From contig JAKEFD010000169.1 of NCBI GenBank assembly GCA_022616245.1, forward strand, positions 8,384-72,383: a stretch of 64,000 nt of DNA. Reading direction: 5' to 3'. The DNA is from Gemmataceae bacterium (lineage in GTDB: Bacteria; Planctomycetota; Planctomycetia; Gemmatales; Gemmataceae). The position numbers and the translations under genes are program-made. The notes under the pieces are model-generated. The model ran no database searches, had not been told where the DNA came from, and worked only from the letters and a program-made list of their open reading frames with translations. Positions 47,578 to 57,645 of this stretch are shown here, in pieces (the first letter of the stretch is position 1; each line of letters begins with the position of its first letter).

Positions 47578-48534
47578 TTACGTCTGAGCTGCGCTTTGAC
47601 CAGTGGACAGGGCGAGCTTTGCCGGCACGCGCACTTTCCAGGCGAGGCCGCACAGGGCTAAAGCGCGAATCACCCAATAACTGATGTCCACCTGCCACCA
47701 ACGCAGGCCGTGACGGGCCGAAGTCGGAAAGGCGTGGTGGTTGTTGTGCCAACCTTCGCCCAGAGCCAGAACGCCGAACAGAAAGTTGTTTCTGCTATGA
47801 TCGTCGCTCTGGAAAGGTCGGCCGCCCCATAGATGGCAAATGGAATTGACGCTCCAGGTCACGTGATGGACTAAAAAGATCCGGGCCAGGCCGCCCCAGA
47901 TCAGTCCAAGTAGAGCGCCCATCCAGGTTCCCGTAACGAGTCCGCCAATTGCCGCCGGTATCAGTAAGCCGATGGCCACCCACATGGGAAACAACGCGCT
48001 TACCCAGCGCAAAAGCCGGCACTCGCGCAGGTCCTTGATGTACCGGCCCATGTCCGGCGGATCGGCTTTGAAGAACCAGCCCACGTGCGCGTGCCACATG
48101 CCGCGCAGCAAGCCGAGCAGCCCTTTTCCCTGATGGTGCGGCGAGTGCGGATCATCCGGCGTGTCGCTGTGCTGGTGGTGGCGTCGGTGCCAGGCGACCC
48201 AATTCAACAGCGACCCCTGAAGCGCCATCGAGCCAAGTCCGGCCAGGATGCACTGGACGATGCGATTGGTTTCAAACGAGCGGTGTGTGAACAGCCGATG
48301 GTAGCCGACTGTGATTCCCAGCACCGTCAATACATACATGCCGAGCAAGAGGCCCAACTCGACCCAACCCATGCCCCGGCCCCAAAGAAAAACGATGGCG
48401 GCGGCAAAGCCGAGAAACGGCACGATGATCGCGAACAGGCTGCCCAAGCGCATGGTCAGCGAGATTCGCGCGGGTGTCTCAGACTGGGATGGATTAGCTG
48501 CGACCTGATCGGGCAGATTAGTTGATACTGTCAA
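47578..48534 (-). CDS. acyl-CoA (delta-9 type) fatty acid desaturase
   Basis: Three His boxes (HRLFTH, HRRHH, HNNHH) plus TM segments. Confidence 0.9.
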   Translation of the reverse strand: MTVSTNLPDQVAANPSQSETPARISLTMRLGSLFAIIVPFLGFAAAIVFLWGRGMGWVELGLLLGMYVLTVLGITVGYHRLFTHRSFETNRIVQCILAGLGSMALQGSLLNWVAWHRRHHQHSDTPDDPHSPHHQGKGLLGLLRGMWHAHVGWFFKADPPDMGRYIKDLRECRLLRWVSALFPMWVAIGLLIPAAIGGLVTGTWMGALLGLIWGGLARIFLVHHVTWSVNSICHLWGGRPFQSDDHSRNNFLFGVLALGEGWHNNHHAFPTSARHGLRWWQVDISYWVIRALALCGLAWKVRVPAKLALSTGQSAAQT

Positions 48535-48715
48535 AGGTTCCTCGCGGCGGCGCCAAGAACGCGAAAAAGTATGGCTTTGGACGCCACCTTGTTTGAGGTC
48601 ATGACGTCAGGGAGGGATTCATAGTCCGTCTGCACTACTATAGTCTACGGACAACGACAGCGCTTGAAATCGCCGAAGAAAAAGCCATAAACCAGGAAGA
48701 GTATGCACATTGCAG

Positions 48716-51700
48716 CTACTTTTTGTCAAGCCGCTTTAGCGCATTCAGCGCCTCCTGAGTCAGACGCGCATCCGGCGCTCCGCGCGCAAGAGTTTCCAAG
48801 AGCTTGCGAGCGTTGGGGCTGGCGATGTCTTCTAGGACCGCCACAGCGCGCACAGCCCGCATCATTTCCGGCTTTGTGATAGGTCCGCGCAGTTTGTCCA
48901 GCAGCGCTTGCGCCCGCCTGCGTAGCTCCAGTGATGTGTTTGAAAGAGCATGCCGCAAAGCGCCGGAAGCCAGGTCGCCAAGCTCTTCGAGCTCTTTGTT
49001 GGTGGCTGTGCGGACAGCGAACTGCTGGCTGTCGAGGTCTTCGATCAGTTTGCGAAGCCGCTCGGGGTCTGCCGGCTGAGCGGGCTTGAGTTCCTTCTTC
49101 ATCAAGGCCAGCGCTGCTTCGGGAGCGCTCGCAAGCGTCCATCGCGCCTGGAAGGCGCGCGGCGCGTCGCTGCCGGCGAGGTCGGCCCAAGCTTTGGCGA
49201 CTGTCCCGGCTCCCAGCTTGCCTGTTTGAGCGGCCGGCGCACCCACCTCCGAAATTAAGAGCGTCGAATCACCCAAGCCGGAAACGAGTTGTCGGCCGTC
49301 GGGCGAGAACGCAAGCCAAGACACCTCGGCATCGAAACCCTTAAAGCGCCGAAACTCTCTGCAATGGGCCAAATCCCAAACAACGATGTCCTGCACGGGG
49401 GCCCTCATGGCCAGTAGCCGACCGTTGGGAGAAAATGCGACTCGGTACTGGCTGGCCAGCGGCAGGGACAGCAATTCCGCCGCCGTCGCCACTTCCCACA
49501 AAACGAGGTTGGCCCCTGTGCTGTTTGGATCGCCTTCCTTTCGGCGCTTGTAATTGGAATTATTCGACGCCAGCAAGCGACTGTCCGGAGAGAATGCCAA
49601 CGGCCAGGTTTGTCCTTCCAGGTCAGGGAAGCTCAGGAGCAAATTGCCCGTCGCCAAATCCTCGAGCCGCATGGGACCACGTCCTGGAGGGTCCTTCTCG
49701 AAACTCCTGGATCCAGGATGAGCCAAGGCGAGGAAGCGAACATCTTTGGACACGGCGTTCCAAGAATCCCTTCCCGCAAGCCTGCGCCGGAAGAGTTGCT
49801 TGCGTGTGTCTGGGTCCCAGCCGGTTATGAGCGTATCATCGTAGTTCGGTCCGGCCCCCTGTTTCTTCGGGTGATAGTAACTGAGAGCAACCAGTGACTT
49901 GCCGTCGGTGGAAAGGTGCATGGACCGCGCCGACTGATAGCTGTCCGACCGCTGGGGATCTTCCAGCCTGATGACGTGCTGTCGTTTTCCGGTGGCCGCG
50001 TCGCACACCCACAGTTCATCGCTGGTCCATGTGGAATACAGCCAACGGCCGTCACGTGAGAATTCAACGCTACGCACCCAGCGGCCCGGACCTTGAAAGC
50101 TGAACAGCGACTTACTCGTGTCCAGATCCCAGACGTGGATGGTGCCGTCTAGACCGCCGCCTGTGGCGAGGCGCCGGCCATCCGGTGAAAACGAGATGTC
50201 TCCCGGCCAGCAAGAATGGCCCGCTGGCTGGGACTTACGTTTACCCGTTGCGACGTCCCAGAGGTGGAAGGCGCCGGAGTGTCTCTGCAGTGTGGCCAGC
50301 ATCTTGCCGTCACCTGCAAAGGCAATCTTCACAGTGTTTGACCCTTCGCCCTGGCTGTGGCTCATTTCCTTGCCGGTGGCCACGTCCCAAAAGCGAATGC
50401 CGTTCCAGCCCGCGGTCGCGATCGTTTTGTTGTCCGGAGCGAAGGCGAGCGTGGACATGTTCTTGTGGCCGCTCGCCACCGTGCGCAGAGGCGTGCCGGC
50501 CATGGCGTCCCAGATTGTGACGGCATTGGAATCGCGGTTGAGAGTAGCTAACTGTTTGCCATCGGGTGACAAGGCCAAGTCACGGAAGTAGTCATTTTGT
50601 TCTGGGGGGATGGTGCAGCGCTCGGCGCCAGTGGCAGTGTCCCAAACGTGAATCACGTAGTTGTCGTCGGCGACCGCCAGAGTCCGCGCAACGGGGGCGC
50701 AGCCGCACAAGACGTAACTGCTCAAATCGGGCCGGCGCAAATTCTTGCATTCGAAGTGCCGCGCTCGTCCGGTTGCCAGCTCGCGCAGGCATACAGCGTC
50801 TTTCTCCAGGGAAACTGCCAGTGGGTCACCTTCGGCCAACCAACCCAACCAAATCAGGTTCGCGATGTCAAATTCGCGCAGTTTCTGCTCGCCGGCCAGA
50901 TCCCACACGCGCACGACACCCTTGCTTGTGCGCTTTCCCTTACCATCGTCATCGATAATGTGCCCGCTGGCAGCGAGTCGCTTGCTGTCCGGCGAGAAGG
51001 CAAGGAATCTTCCAGAGTCCGCCAAACGCTTTGTCCGATTGCCGTTGAGCGCGTCGAAGAGAAACAACCCAGCGCGCGAGGACAGTGCAGCCGTCTTGCC
51101 ATCGGGCGCGTACGCCAGCGCGTCTGCCTCATCCGGGGCGCGAAAGCGCAGCGTTCCCAAGCGGGCGATCGCCCCCGGCGGCAGCGGATCGCCGTAGAGG
51201 TCGAGGCGGACCTGCTCCTCCTTTTTCTTGGCAGCGGCTGGCGCGGCCCAGGCCGGCGGCGCTAGCTCCTCATTCCAGCGCTGCCACGCCGTCGTCAGCT
51301 CCTTCATCTTGTCCGGATACTTCTTGGACAGATCCTTCGTTTCGCCGATGTCATCCTTCAAATTGAAAAGCTGCACGCCTTCCAGTTTCAACTCGCCCTT
51401 TTTCAACCCGCCTTTGGCATTGGGATCGCGCGCTTTGACCAGTTTCCAATCGCCCATGCGAATGGCCATCTGCGCGCCAAAGCGCCAATAAAGGGCCTCG
51501 TGCGGCGCTCCGGCCTTCTTGCCCGAAAGGTACGGCAACAGGTCAACACCGTCGATCTTGTTGATGATGCCCGTCTTCCCTCCGGTAGCGGCGATGGCGG
51601 TCGGCAAGATGTCAAGCTGTATCACCGGCTCATCATAGAGCTTGCCCGCGGGGAGAGTGCCCTTCCATTGAACAAGAAACGGTACGCGCACGCCGCCTTC

Positions 51701-52606
51701 CCACGTCGAGGCCTTCCAGCCGCGCAAAGGGAGATTGCTCGAAGCGTTGACGGGCGGGCCGCCGTTATCGCTGATGAAGAAGATCAGCGTGTCGTCCTCG
51801 ATGCCGGTTTCGCGCAACTTCGCCAAGACCTGGCCGATGGCGTCGTCCATCGCCGACAGCATGGCGGCATATTTGCGGCGCGTTTCATCTTGAATCGCGC
51901 CGAAGCGCTTGAGGTATTTCTCGCTGGCCTGCATCGGCGCGTGCACGGCGTTGAACGTGAGATAAAGGAAGAACGGCTCCTTCTTGTGCTTGTCGATATA
52001 GGCCAACGCCTCGCGCGCAAAAGCGTCGGTGAGATACTCGTCCTCCTCCACCGGCTTGGCGCCGCGATAGATCGGCTGGTTGCCGCGCTTGCCGATGTAT
52101 TGGTTGGCGCCGCCCAAGAAGCCGAAATACTCTTCGAAGCCGCGCGCGGTCGGCAGAAACTCCGGCGTGTGGCCCAGGTGCCATTTGCCGACCATGCCGG
52201 TGCGGTAGCCGAGCCCCCTGAGGAATTGGGCCAGCGTCATTTCCTGGAGCGACAGGCCCTTCTCCTTATTGGCGTCCACAGGCGGGCCAGGGTTGAACTC
52301 GTGACCGAAGCGTTGCTGGTAGCGGCCGGTGAGCAAACCGGCGCGCGTCGGGCTGCAATACGGCCCGCTCACATAGCCGCTCGTGCAGCGAATGCCGTTC
52401 TTGGCGATCGAGTCGATGTGCGGCGTGGGAATGTCCTTGCAGCCGTGCACGCCGATGTCGGCGTAGCCCAAATCGTCGGCGACGATGAGGATGATGTTCG
52501 GCTTGCGTTTGGATTGCGCGTGCAGCTCGGCGTTGCCCCAAGGGGCATACGCGGCCAACAAGGACAGACAGGCGATGAGGCAAGGTGAGGGCAGCACACG
52601 AAACAT
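48716..52606 (-). CDS. arylsulfatase domain fused to WD40 repeats and a helical C-terminal module
   Basis: 1296 aa. Signal peptide, then IILIVADDLGYADIG...CSPTRAGLLTG (the CxPxR formylglycine motif), about 470 aa of sulfatase, and then WD40 units. Confidence 0.88.
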   Translation of the reverse strand: MFRVLPSPCLIACLSLLAAYAPWGNAELHAQSKRKPNIILIVADDLGYADIGVHGCKDIPTPHIDSIAKNGIRCTSGYVSGPYCSPTRAGLLTGRYQQRFGHEFNPGPPVDANKEKGLSLQEMTLAQFLRGLGYRTGMVGKWHLGHTPEFLPTARGFEEYFGFLGGANQYIGKRGNQPIYRGAKPVEEDEYLTDAFAREALAYIDKHKKEPFFLYLTFNAVHAPMQASEKYLKRFGAIQDETRRKYAAMLSAMDDAIGQVLAKLRETGIEDDTLIFFISDNGGPPVNASSNLPLRGWKASTWEGGVRVPFLVQWKGTLPAGKLYDEPVIQLDILPTAIAATGGKTGIINKIDGVDLLPYLSGKKAGAPHEALYWRFGAQMAIRMGDWKLVKARDPNAKGGLKKGELKLEGVQLFNLKDDIGETKDLSKKYPDKMKELTTAWQRWNEELAPPAWAAPAAAKKKEEQVRLDLYGDPLPPGAIARLGTLRFRAPDEADALAYAPDGKTAALSSRAGLFLFDALNGNRTKRLADSGRFLAFSPDSKRLAASGHIIDDDGKGKRTSKGVVRVWDLAGEQKLREFDIANLIWLGWLAEGDPLAVSLEKDAVCLRELATGRARHFECKNLRRPDLSSYVLCGCAPVARTLAVADDNYVIHVWDTATGAERCTIPPEQNDYFRDLALSPDGKQLATLNRDSNAVTIWDAMAGTPLRTVASGHKNMSTLAFAPDNKTIATAGWNGIRFWDVATGKEMSHSQGEGSNTVKIAFAGDGKMLATLQRHSGAFHLWDVATGKRKSQPAGHSCWPGDISFSPDGRRLATGGGLDGTIHVWDLDTSKSLFSFQGPGRWVRSVEFSRDGRWLYSTWTSDELWVCDAATGKRQHVIRLEDPQRSDSYQSARSMHLSTDGKSLVALSYYHPKKQGAGPNYDDTLITGWDPDTRKQLFRRRLAGRDSWNAVSKDVRFLALAHPGSRSFEKDPPGRGPMRLEDLATGNLLLSFPDLEGQTWPLAFSPDSRLLASNNSNYKRRKEGDPNSTGANLVLWEVATAAELLSLPLASQYRVAFSPNGRLLAMRAPVQDIVVWDLAHCREFRRFKGFDAEVSWLAFSPDGRQLVSGLGDSTLLISEVGAPAAQTGKLGAGTVAKAWADLAGSDAPRAFQARWTLASAPEAALALMKKELKPAQPADPERLRKLIEDLDSQQFAVRTATNKELEELGDLASGALRHALSNTSLELRRRAQALLDKLRGPITKPEMMRAVRAVAVLEDIASPNARKLLETLARGAPDARLTQEALNALKRLDKK

Positions 52607-52623
52607 GATGGCTCTCCTTTAGA

Positions 52624-52662
52624 CTCCCCGCGCCTTCAGGGATGGGGGTCGGGGATGGGTGG
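52624..52662. repeat. G-rich dispersed repeat copy with four G-runs
   Basis: ctccccgcgccttcaGGGatGGGGGtcGGGGatGGGtgg, between the kinase stop and the sulfatase start. Confidence 0.6.
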
Positions 52663-52746
52663 ACGAGTTGTAGTCAACGATAACGGCAGGCGTCAGTTCA
52701 GGAAAGCAAAAAAATGTGCATAGCGTGCGATGAGCGTTACTTCTGC

Positions 52747-53631
52747 CTACCACTTCTTTGGCAGCTTTTGTAGCGCTTCGCGAAACTCACCCGGGGTCTG
52801 GAAGCGGGCGGCGGGGTCGCGCTCGACGCCTTTGATGAGAAAGGCGACCGTGGCTTTGTCGAGATCGGGACGCACGTCGCGCGGGTCGCGGCCGGCGCTA
52901 TTCATGTGCGAGAGCAGCGTTTGCAGCGATTCGGTTTTTTCCCAGGGCAGCCCGCCGGTAAACGTCTCGTAGGCGGTGACGCCCAGCGCGAACATGTCGA
53001 CGCGGTGATCGGTGGTTTGCCGCTTGATGAGTTCCGGGGCGAGGTAATTGGGCGTGCCGGTGCGGTTGCCGGGCCGGCAAAACTCCGGCGTAAAGGGCAC
53101 CGCCAAGCCGAAGTCGATGATCTTGACTACATTTTCCCGGGTGATCATGACGTTGCGCGGGCAGATATCGCGGTGCAGAAAGCCCTGCCTGTGCACGTAC
53201 TCCAAGCCCTCCGAGAATTGCGACAAGAAGTCGATGCGATGCCCTTGGAGCTGCGGCGCCTTGGTTTCGATCATGAAGTTGAGGCCGACGCCGTCGATCA
53301 GCTCCATCATGATGTAGATTTCGCCCTGTTTGGTGAGGCCGGCCTCATAGGTCTGCACGATGTTCTTGTGACGCAGCAGCATGCAAACCGCCCCTTCATT
53401 GGGGCGCTTCAGGCCTGGGAAGCGGGCGTCGAACCGGGCGGTTTTGACTTTGTCGAGGATTTTGACACACATGGTGCGGCCGGTCATCTTATCGCGAGCG
53501 CGCCATACCTTAGACATGCTGCCTTGACCGGTCCGGCCCAACAGATCGAAGCGCTTGGCCACGTCGATGATCGGCACATTGCTCTTCGGCCTCGACTTGA
53601 AGATCGATTTCAGTGCGTTGAAGAAGCCCAC
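52747..53631 (-). CDS. Ser/Thr protein kinase (stand-alone catalytic domain)
   Basis: 294 aa with a GTG start. Motifs are GQGSMSKVWRA, VKIL, HRDICPRN, DFGLA and APE. Confidence 0.88.
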   Translation of the reverse strand: MGFFNALKSIFKSRPKSNVPIIDVAKRFDLLGRTGQGSMSKVWRARDKMTGRTMCVKILDKVKTARFDARFPGLKRPNEGAVCMLLRHKNIVQTYEAGLTKQGEIYIMMELIDGVGLNFMIETKAPQLQGHRIDFLSQFSEGLEYVHRQGFLHRDICPRNVMITRENVVKIIDFGLAVPFTPEFCRPGNRTGTPNYLAPELIKRQTTDHRVDMFALGVTAYETFTGGLPWEKTESLQTLLSHMNSAGRDPRDVRPDLDKATVAFLIKGVERDPAARFQTPGEFREALQKLPKKW

Positions 53632-53640
53632 AGTGTCGTC

Positions 53641-53668
53641 TCGCCCTTAGGGAAGGGGTCGGGGGTGG
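53641..53668. repeat. G-rich dispersed repeat copy filling most of the accD-kinase spacer
   Basis: tcgcccttagggaaggggtcgggggtgg. Confidence 0.6.
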
Positions 53669-54487
53669 TCAATGCTCGCAGTAATCGATAATGCGGGCCA
53701 CTTCGGTCCGCAGGTCCTTGCGGTGCACAATGCGATCGATAAAACCGTGCTTGAGGAGAAACTCGCTGGTCTGGAATCCCTCAGGCAACTCCAGGCGGAC
53801 GGTGTTCCAGATCGTGCGTTTGCCGGCGAAGCCGATGAGGGCCCCCGGCTCGGCAAGTGTGAGGTCGCCTTGCAAGGCAAAGCTGGCTGCCACGCCGCCC
53901 ATGGTCGGATTGGTCAGGATGGAAATGTACAAGCCGCCCGCTTGATCATAGCGGGCCAGGGCGGCCGAGATTTTCGCCATCTGCATAAGCGACAGGATGC
54001 CCTCTTGCATCCGCGCCCCGCCGCCGGAGCCGCTGACGATGATGAGCGGCAGCATCAACCGGGTCGCTTCTTCGGCCGCCCGCGTCAGTTTCTCGCCGAC
54101 CACCGAGCCCATGCTGCCGGCCATGAAGGCGAAGTCCGTGACGCTAAAGACCACGGGCCGGCCCCGGATATAGCCCCGACCGACGACGGCCGCGTCCGGC
54201 ATGCCCGTCTTGGCCTGTTCCGCCTTGAGCCGTTCGCTGTAGAGAACGCGGTCATTGAATTGGAGCGGATCTTTGGGGCGCAGGTCCGCGAACCATTCTT
54301 CGAAGCTCTCCTCGTCGAGCAATTGCTTGATGCGTTCGCGAGCCGGCAAATAGAAGTGGTGGTTGCACTCCGGGCAGACGTTGAACCGCGCCGCCGCTTC
54401 CTTGCGAAATACGGTCGCCTTGCACTGCGGACAGCGAATCCACAGCCCTTCTGGAACGCCACGCTTGGCCATGCGCGCACCCGCCAT
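53669..54487 (-). CDS. accD: acetyl-CoA carboxylase carboxyltransferase beta subunit
   Basis: Zinc ribbon CPQC...CPEC, then the carboxyltransferase domain ([24 protein letters not shown]). The start may be ATG 54472. Confidence 0.95.
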   Translation of the reverse strand: MAGARMAKRGVPEGLWIRCPQCKATVFRKEAAARFNVCPECNHHFYLPARERIKQLLDEESFEEWFADLRPKDPLQFNDRVLYSERLKAEQAKTGMPDAAVVGRGYIRGRPVVFSVTDFAFMAGSMGSVVGEKLTRAAEEATRLMLPLIIVSGSGGGARMQEGILSLMQMAKISAALARYDQAGGLYISILTNPTMGGVAASFALQGDLTLAEPGALIGFAGKRTIWNTVRLELPEGFQTSEFLLKHGFIDRIVHRKDLRTEVARIIDYCEH

Positions 54488-54701
54488 GCGGGATATCCTA
54501 GCGAATTCGGGGAAGAATCACAGACCGGATTGCCGCTGTGCTGAACGGAGCTCGCCCTTTCACTAAGCAGCAGGTGGTCGCGCTTGCCAAGCTCTACAAA
54601 GTCTCGGCGACTGTGTTTTTGCCACGCTAGCCGAAACTTGTGCCAATCCCTTTGATATACTAACGCCAGTGAGTTGAATGCGAGTTGTTGGAAGGCTTTG
54701 C

Positions 54702-54986
54702 ATGGAAGTCCGTTTCCACAATGACGCCGATACGGGCCAGCCCCACATTTACGGTCACGGAGTGACGGAACAGGAAGTCTTGGAGGTCTTGAACGGACGT
54801 GGAGAAGACTTGGCGGCGGCCCGAGATTCGCGAAGGAAAATTGGCCAAACGTCTAGCGGTCGCTTTCTTCAAGTTTTCTACGTACCAGATGAAGATCCGA
54901 AGAGTGTTTTTGTGATTACCGCGTTTGAATTGCGTGGCAAGGCCAAGAAAGCCTTTCGCCGCCGGCTACGAAGGAAACGAAAATGA
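54702..54986 (+). CDS. small toxin-like protein (BrnT/DUF497- or DUF4258-like)
   Basis: MEVRFHNDADTGQPHIYGHGVTEQEVLEVL...GRFLQVFYVP...VITAFEL. The stop overlaps the next start (ATGA at 54983). Confidence 0.5.
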   Translation: MEVRFHNDADTGQPHIYGHGVTEQEVLEVLNGRGEDLAAARDSRRKIGQTSSGRFLQVFYVPDEDPKSVFVITAFELRGKAKKAFRRRLRRKRK

Positions 54987-55183
54987 GCAACCAGAAATAC
55001 CCGCCCGGTTGGGACGAGCACCGCGTGCAAGAGGTCATTGCGCATTACGAGAACCAAACCGAAGACGAGGAGTTTGCCGAGATCGAAGCGGCATTGCAGG
55101 CGGAAAACACTACGCTGATGGCCGTCCCGACGGAACTGGTTCCAGAAGTGCGTGCGCTGTTGGCCCGCAAGCTAAGTGCGTGA
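54983..55183 (+). CDS. small antitoxin-like partner
   Basis: 66 aa: PPGWDEHRVQEVIAHYENQTEDEEFAEIEAAL...TLMAVPTELVPEVRALLA. Confidence 0.5.
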   Translation: MSNQKYPPGWDEHRVQEVIAHYENQTEDEEFAEIEAALQAENTTLMAVPTELVPEVRALLARKLSA

Positions 55184-55220
55184 CCATGAATTACGCAAAC
55201 ACGCCGAGGAGTATGCAGGA

Positions 55221-55390
55221 ATGGGAAAGGTTGTTGCTTTCGTTCTGTTTCCATTTACCGCACTCCTGTTCTTCATCGCAGCTGTGACAGAACCACAATT
55301 GGCGGCGAGATTGCGTGGATCTGGTGGATCGTCGGTGCGCTCGGCGGTTTTTCCGTGTTCGGATGGGCGCTGGGCAAAGCTCGCAAATAA
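55221..55390 (+). pseudogene. possible small two-TM protein gene with a 1-nt frame break
   Basis: MGKVVAFVLFPFTALLFFIAAVTEPQLAA from ATG 55221, then from 55307 in the next frame EIAWIWWIVGALGGFSVFGWALGKARK and a stop. Confidence 0.3.
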
Positions 55391-55454
55391 TCTCGAGTTT
55401 TGGCGTAATTTGAAGTTTGCCCCGATTGGGATTACTCCGTGTTGACCATTCTTG

Positions 55455-57638
55455 TCACACTCTCAAGTGCTCCACAACCAGCCGTATCTGATCGTATGGC
55501 ACCTTTTCCTCGAGCGTCACGAAGATGGGCTTGAGCTGGCCGGAACCAACTTCGCGAATAGCGGCGGCGATCTTGTCGTAAATATCCTTGGGCACGTAAA
55601 GCGAGATGTCGTCTGGCCGTTCGCGGCGGATATAGTCGCACAGGTATTGGATGATTGTGCCGTGCGATCGGTTGAGCTGATGTTGCACGTCTTCCAAGTC
55701 CGCCTTCTCGCGGAACAGGTCGAACGCACGAGCCTTGGCGCCGGTAACGTGCTGTTTTACTTTCGCGGGCCGCGCGGCCTTACTTGTCCAGGCTACGTCC
55801 ATCGGGATCTGGTTTTCCTTGCAGTACAGCACAATGATTTTGAGGATGGCTTCGCCCATTTCGCGCAGCTTGGCTTCGCCAATGCCGCGAATGAATTTGA
55901 GCCGCGCCACGTTGGACGGGCGCTGCTGGGCTAACTCACGCAGTGTAGCGTCGCTCATGATAACGTAAGGCGGAAAGCCGCGCGCGTCGGCCAGCTTCTT
56001 GCGGAACTGCCGCAACTCTTCGAACAGGCCGCGGTCCACGCCTTCCCAGGCGGCCAGGTCGGCCCGGGATTGCCTGAGCGCTGCCCGCAACGGCCGCACC
56101 AGCCGCACGGCGCGCAGTTTCCGCATCACCTCCCAGGCAACCTCCGTCAGCTTCAGGATCGGGTACTCGTCGCCTTCCTTACGCAGCGCGTCCTGGCCAA
56201 TAAGTTGATAGATCCAGTCACGCAGATCTTTCTTGTCGTGCTCCTTGAGCAGGCCGTAGGTTGTGAGCTTGTCGTGGTTAAGTGTTTGAATTCGCTCGGA
56301 GTTTTCACCTCTCAGCACGCTGATGACGTGGTTGATGCCGAAGCGCTCCTGCACGCGGGCTACGCAGGAAAGGATTTTCTGGGCGATGACGACCGCGTCC
56401 GGCACGGGCTCGGTATCGCCCAGGCACAGATCACACGCGGCGCAATTGTCGGCCTCATACTTTTGTCCGAAGTAATTGACCAAGGCGCGATGGCGGCAGA
56501 CCGAGCCGCGCGCGTAGGCATCCATATCGTTCAGGTGCCGCATCATGTTGGCGAGAAAATCCGGCGGAACTTTGTTTTCCTCTACTGATTTCTGGCAGAT
56601 CCATTTCCACATTTGAATGTCTTCGCCGGAATGCAGGAGCACGCACTCCGCTTCCAAGCCGTCGCGGCCCGCTCGGCCTGTCTCCTGCTGGTAGTGCTCG
56701 ACCGACTTCGGCATGTTTGCATGTAGGATGAAGCGGATGTTGGAGCGGTCGATGCCCATGCCGAAGGCAATCGTGGCCACGATGATGTTGCATTGTTCTT
56801 GGCTGAAGGCATCCTGGGCAGACTTGCGGTCCTCTTGCGAAAGTCCGGCGTGATACGGCTTGCAGTTGACGCCTTTGGCCTGAAGATCGGCGCTCACTTC
56901 GTCGACGTCTTTGCGCCGTAGGCAATAAATGATACCCGCTTCATTCTTGTGCCGTTCGAGCATTTCCAGGACTTGTGCTTCCTTATCGACGCGCGGCACG
57001 ACGCGGTAGCTCAGATTGGGCCGGTCGAAGCTGCCGACCAGGATCACGGGATTGCGCAGCCCGAGCTGCTTGACGATGTCTTCGCGCACGCGCTCGGTTG
57101 CCGTTGCAGTGTAGGCGTGGATGGCGGCCTGCGGAAAAATGTCCTTGAGCTTGCCGAGTTGGCGATACTCAGGGCGGAAATCGTGCCCCCAGTGGCTGAT
57201 GCAATGGGCTTCGTCGATCGCGAAGGTATGCACGCCGACGCGCTTGAGAAACTGGCAGAATTCTTCGGAAACCAGCCGTTCCGGAGAAACGTAAAGCAAG
57301 CGGATCGCGCCTTGCAAGAGGTCCTGGGCATAGGAGCGCTTTTCTTCCGGTAACAAACTGCTGTCGAGCTGCACGGCAGGGATGCCGCAAGCGCGCAAGC
57401 CGTCCACCTGGTCTTTCATGAGGGCGATGAGCGGCGACACGACAACCGTGGTGCCGCCGCGTTCCATGGCCGGCGCTTGAAAGCACAAGGATTTGCCTGC
57501 GCCGGTCGGCACGACGAGAAAGGAATCGCGGCCCTGGAGCACCGCAGTCATCGCTTCTGCCTGGAGCGGCCGCAGCGCGCTGTATCCCCAGTGCTTTTGG
57601 ATGAGCGCGAGCACGGGGGCTAGATTGTCGTGTGCCAT
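55455..57638 (-). CDS. recQ: ATP-dependent DNA helicase RecQ
   Basis: 727 aa: TGAGKS, DEAHCISHWGHDFRPEY, a zinc-binding Cys cluster, HRDC, and a C-terminal extension. Confidence 0.95.
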   Translation of the reverse strand: MAHDNLAPVLALIQKHWGYSALRPLQAEAMTAVLQGRDSFLVVPTGAGKSLCFQAPAMERGGTTVVVSPLIALMKDQVDGLRACGIPAVQLDSSLLPEEKRSYAQDLLQGAIRLLYVSPERLVSEEFCQFLKRVGVHTFAIDEAHCISHWGHDFRPEYRQLGKLKDIFPQAAIHAYTATATERVREDIVKQLGLRNPVILVGSFDRPNLSYRVVPRVDKEAQVLEMLERHKNEAGIIYCLRRKDVDEVSADLQAKGVNCKPYHAGLSQEDRKSAQDAFSQEQCNIIVATIAFGMGIDRSNIRFILHANMPKSVEHYQQETGRAGRDGLEAECVLLHSGEDIQMWKWICQKSVEENKVPPDFLANMMRHLNDMDAYARGSVCRHRALVNYFGQKYEADNCAACDLCLGDTEPVPDAVVIAQKILSCVARVQERFGINHVISVLRGENSERIQTLNHDKLTTYGLLKEHDKKDLRDWIYQLIGQDALRKEGDEYPILKLTEVAWEVMRKLRAVRLVRPLRAALRQSRADLAAWEGVDRGLFEELRQFRKKLADARGFPPYVIMSDATLRELAQQRPSNVARLKFIRGIGEAKLREMGEAILKIIVLYCKENQIPMDVAWTSKAARPAKVKQHVTGAKARAFDLFREKADLEDVQHQLNRSHGTIIQYLCDYIRRERPDDISLYVPKDIYDKIAAAIREVGSGQLKPIFVTLEEKVPYDQIRLVVEHLRV

Positions 57639-57645
57639 ATACTGA

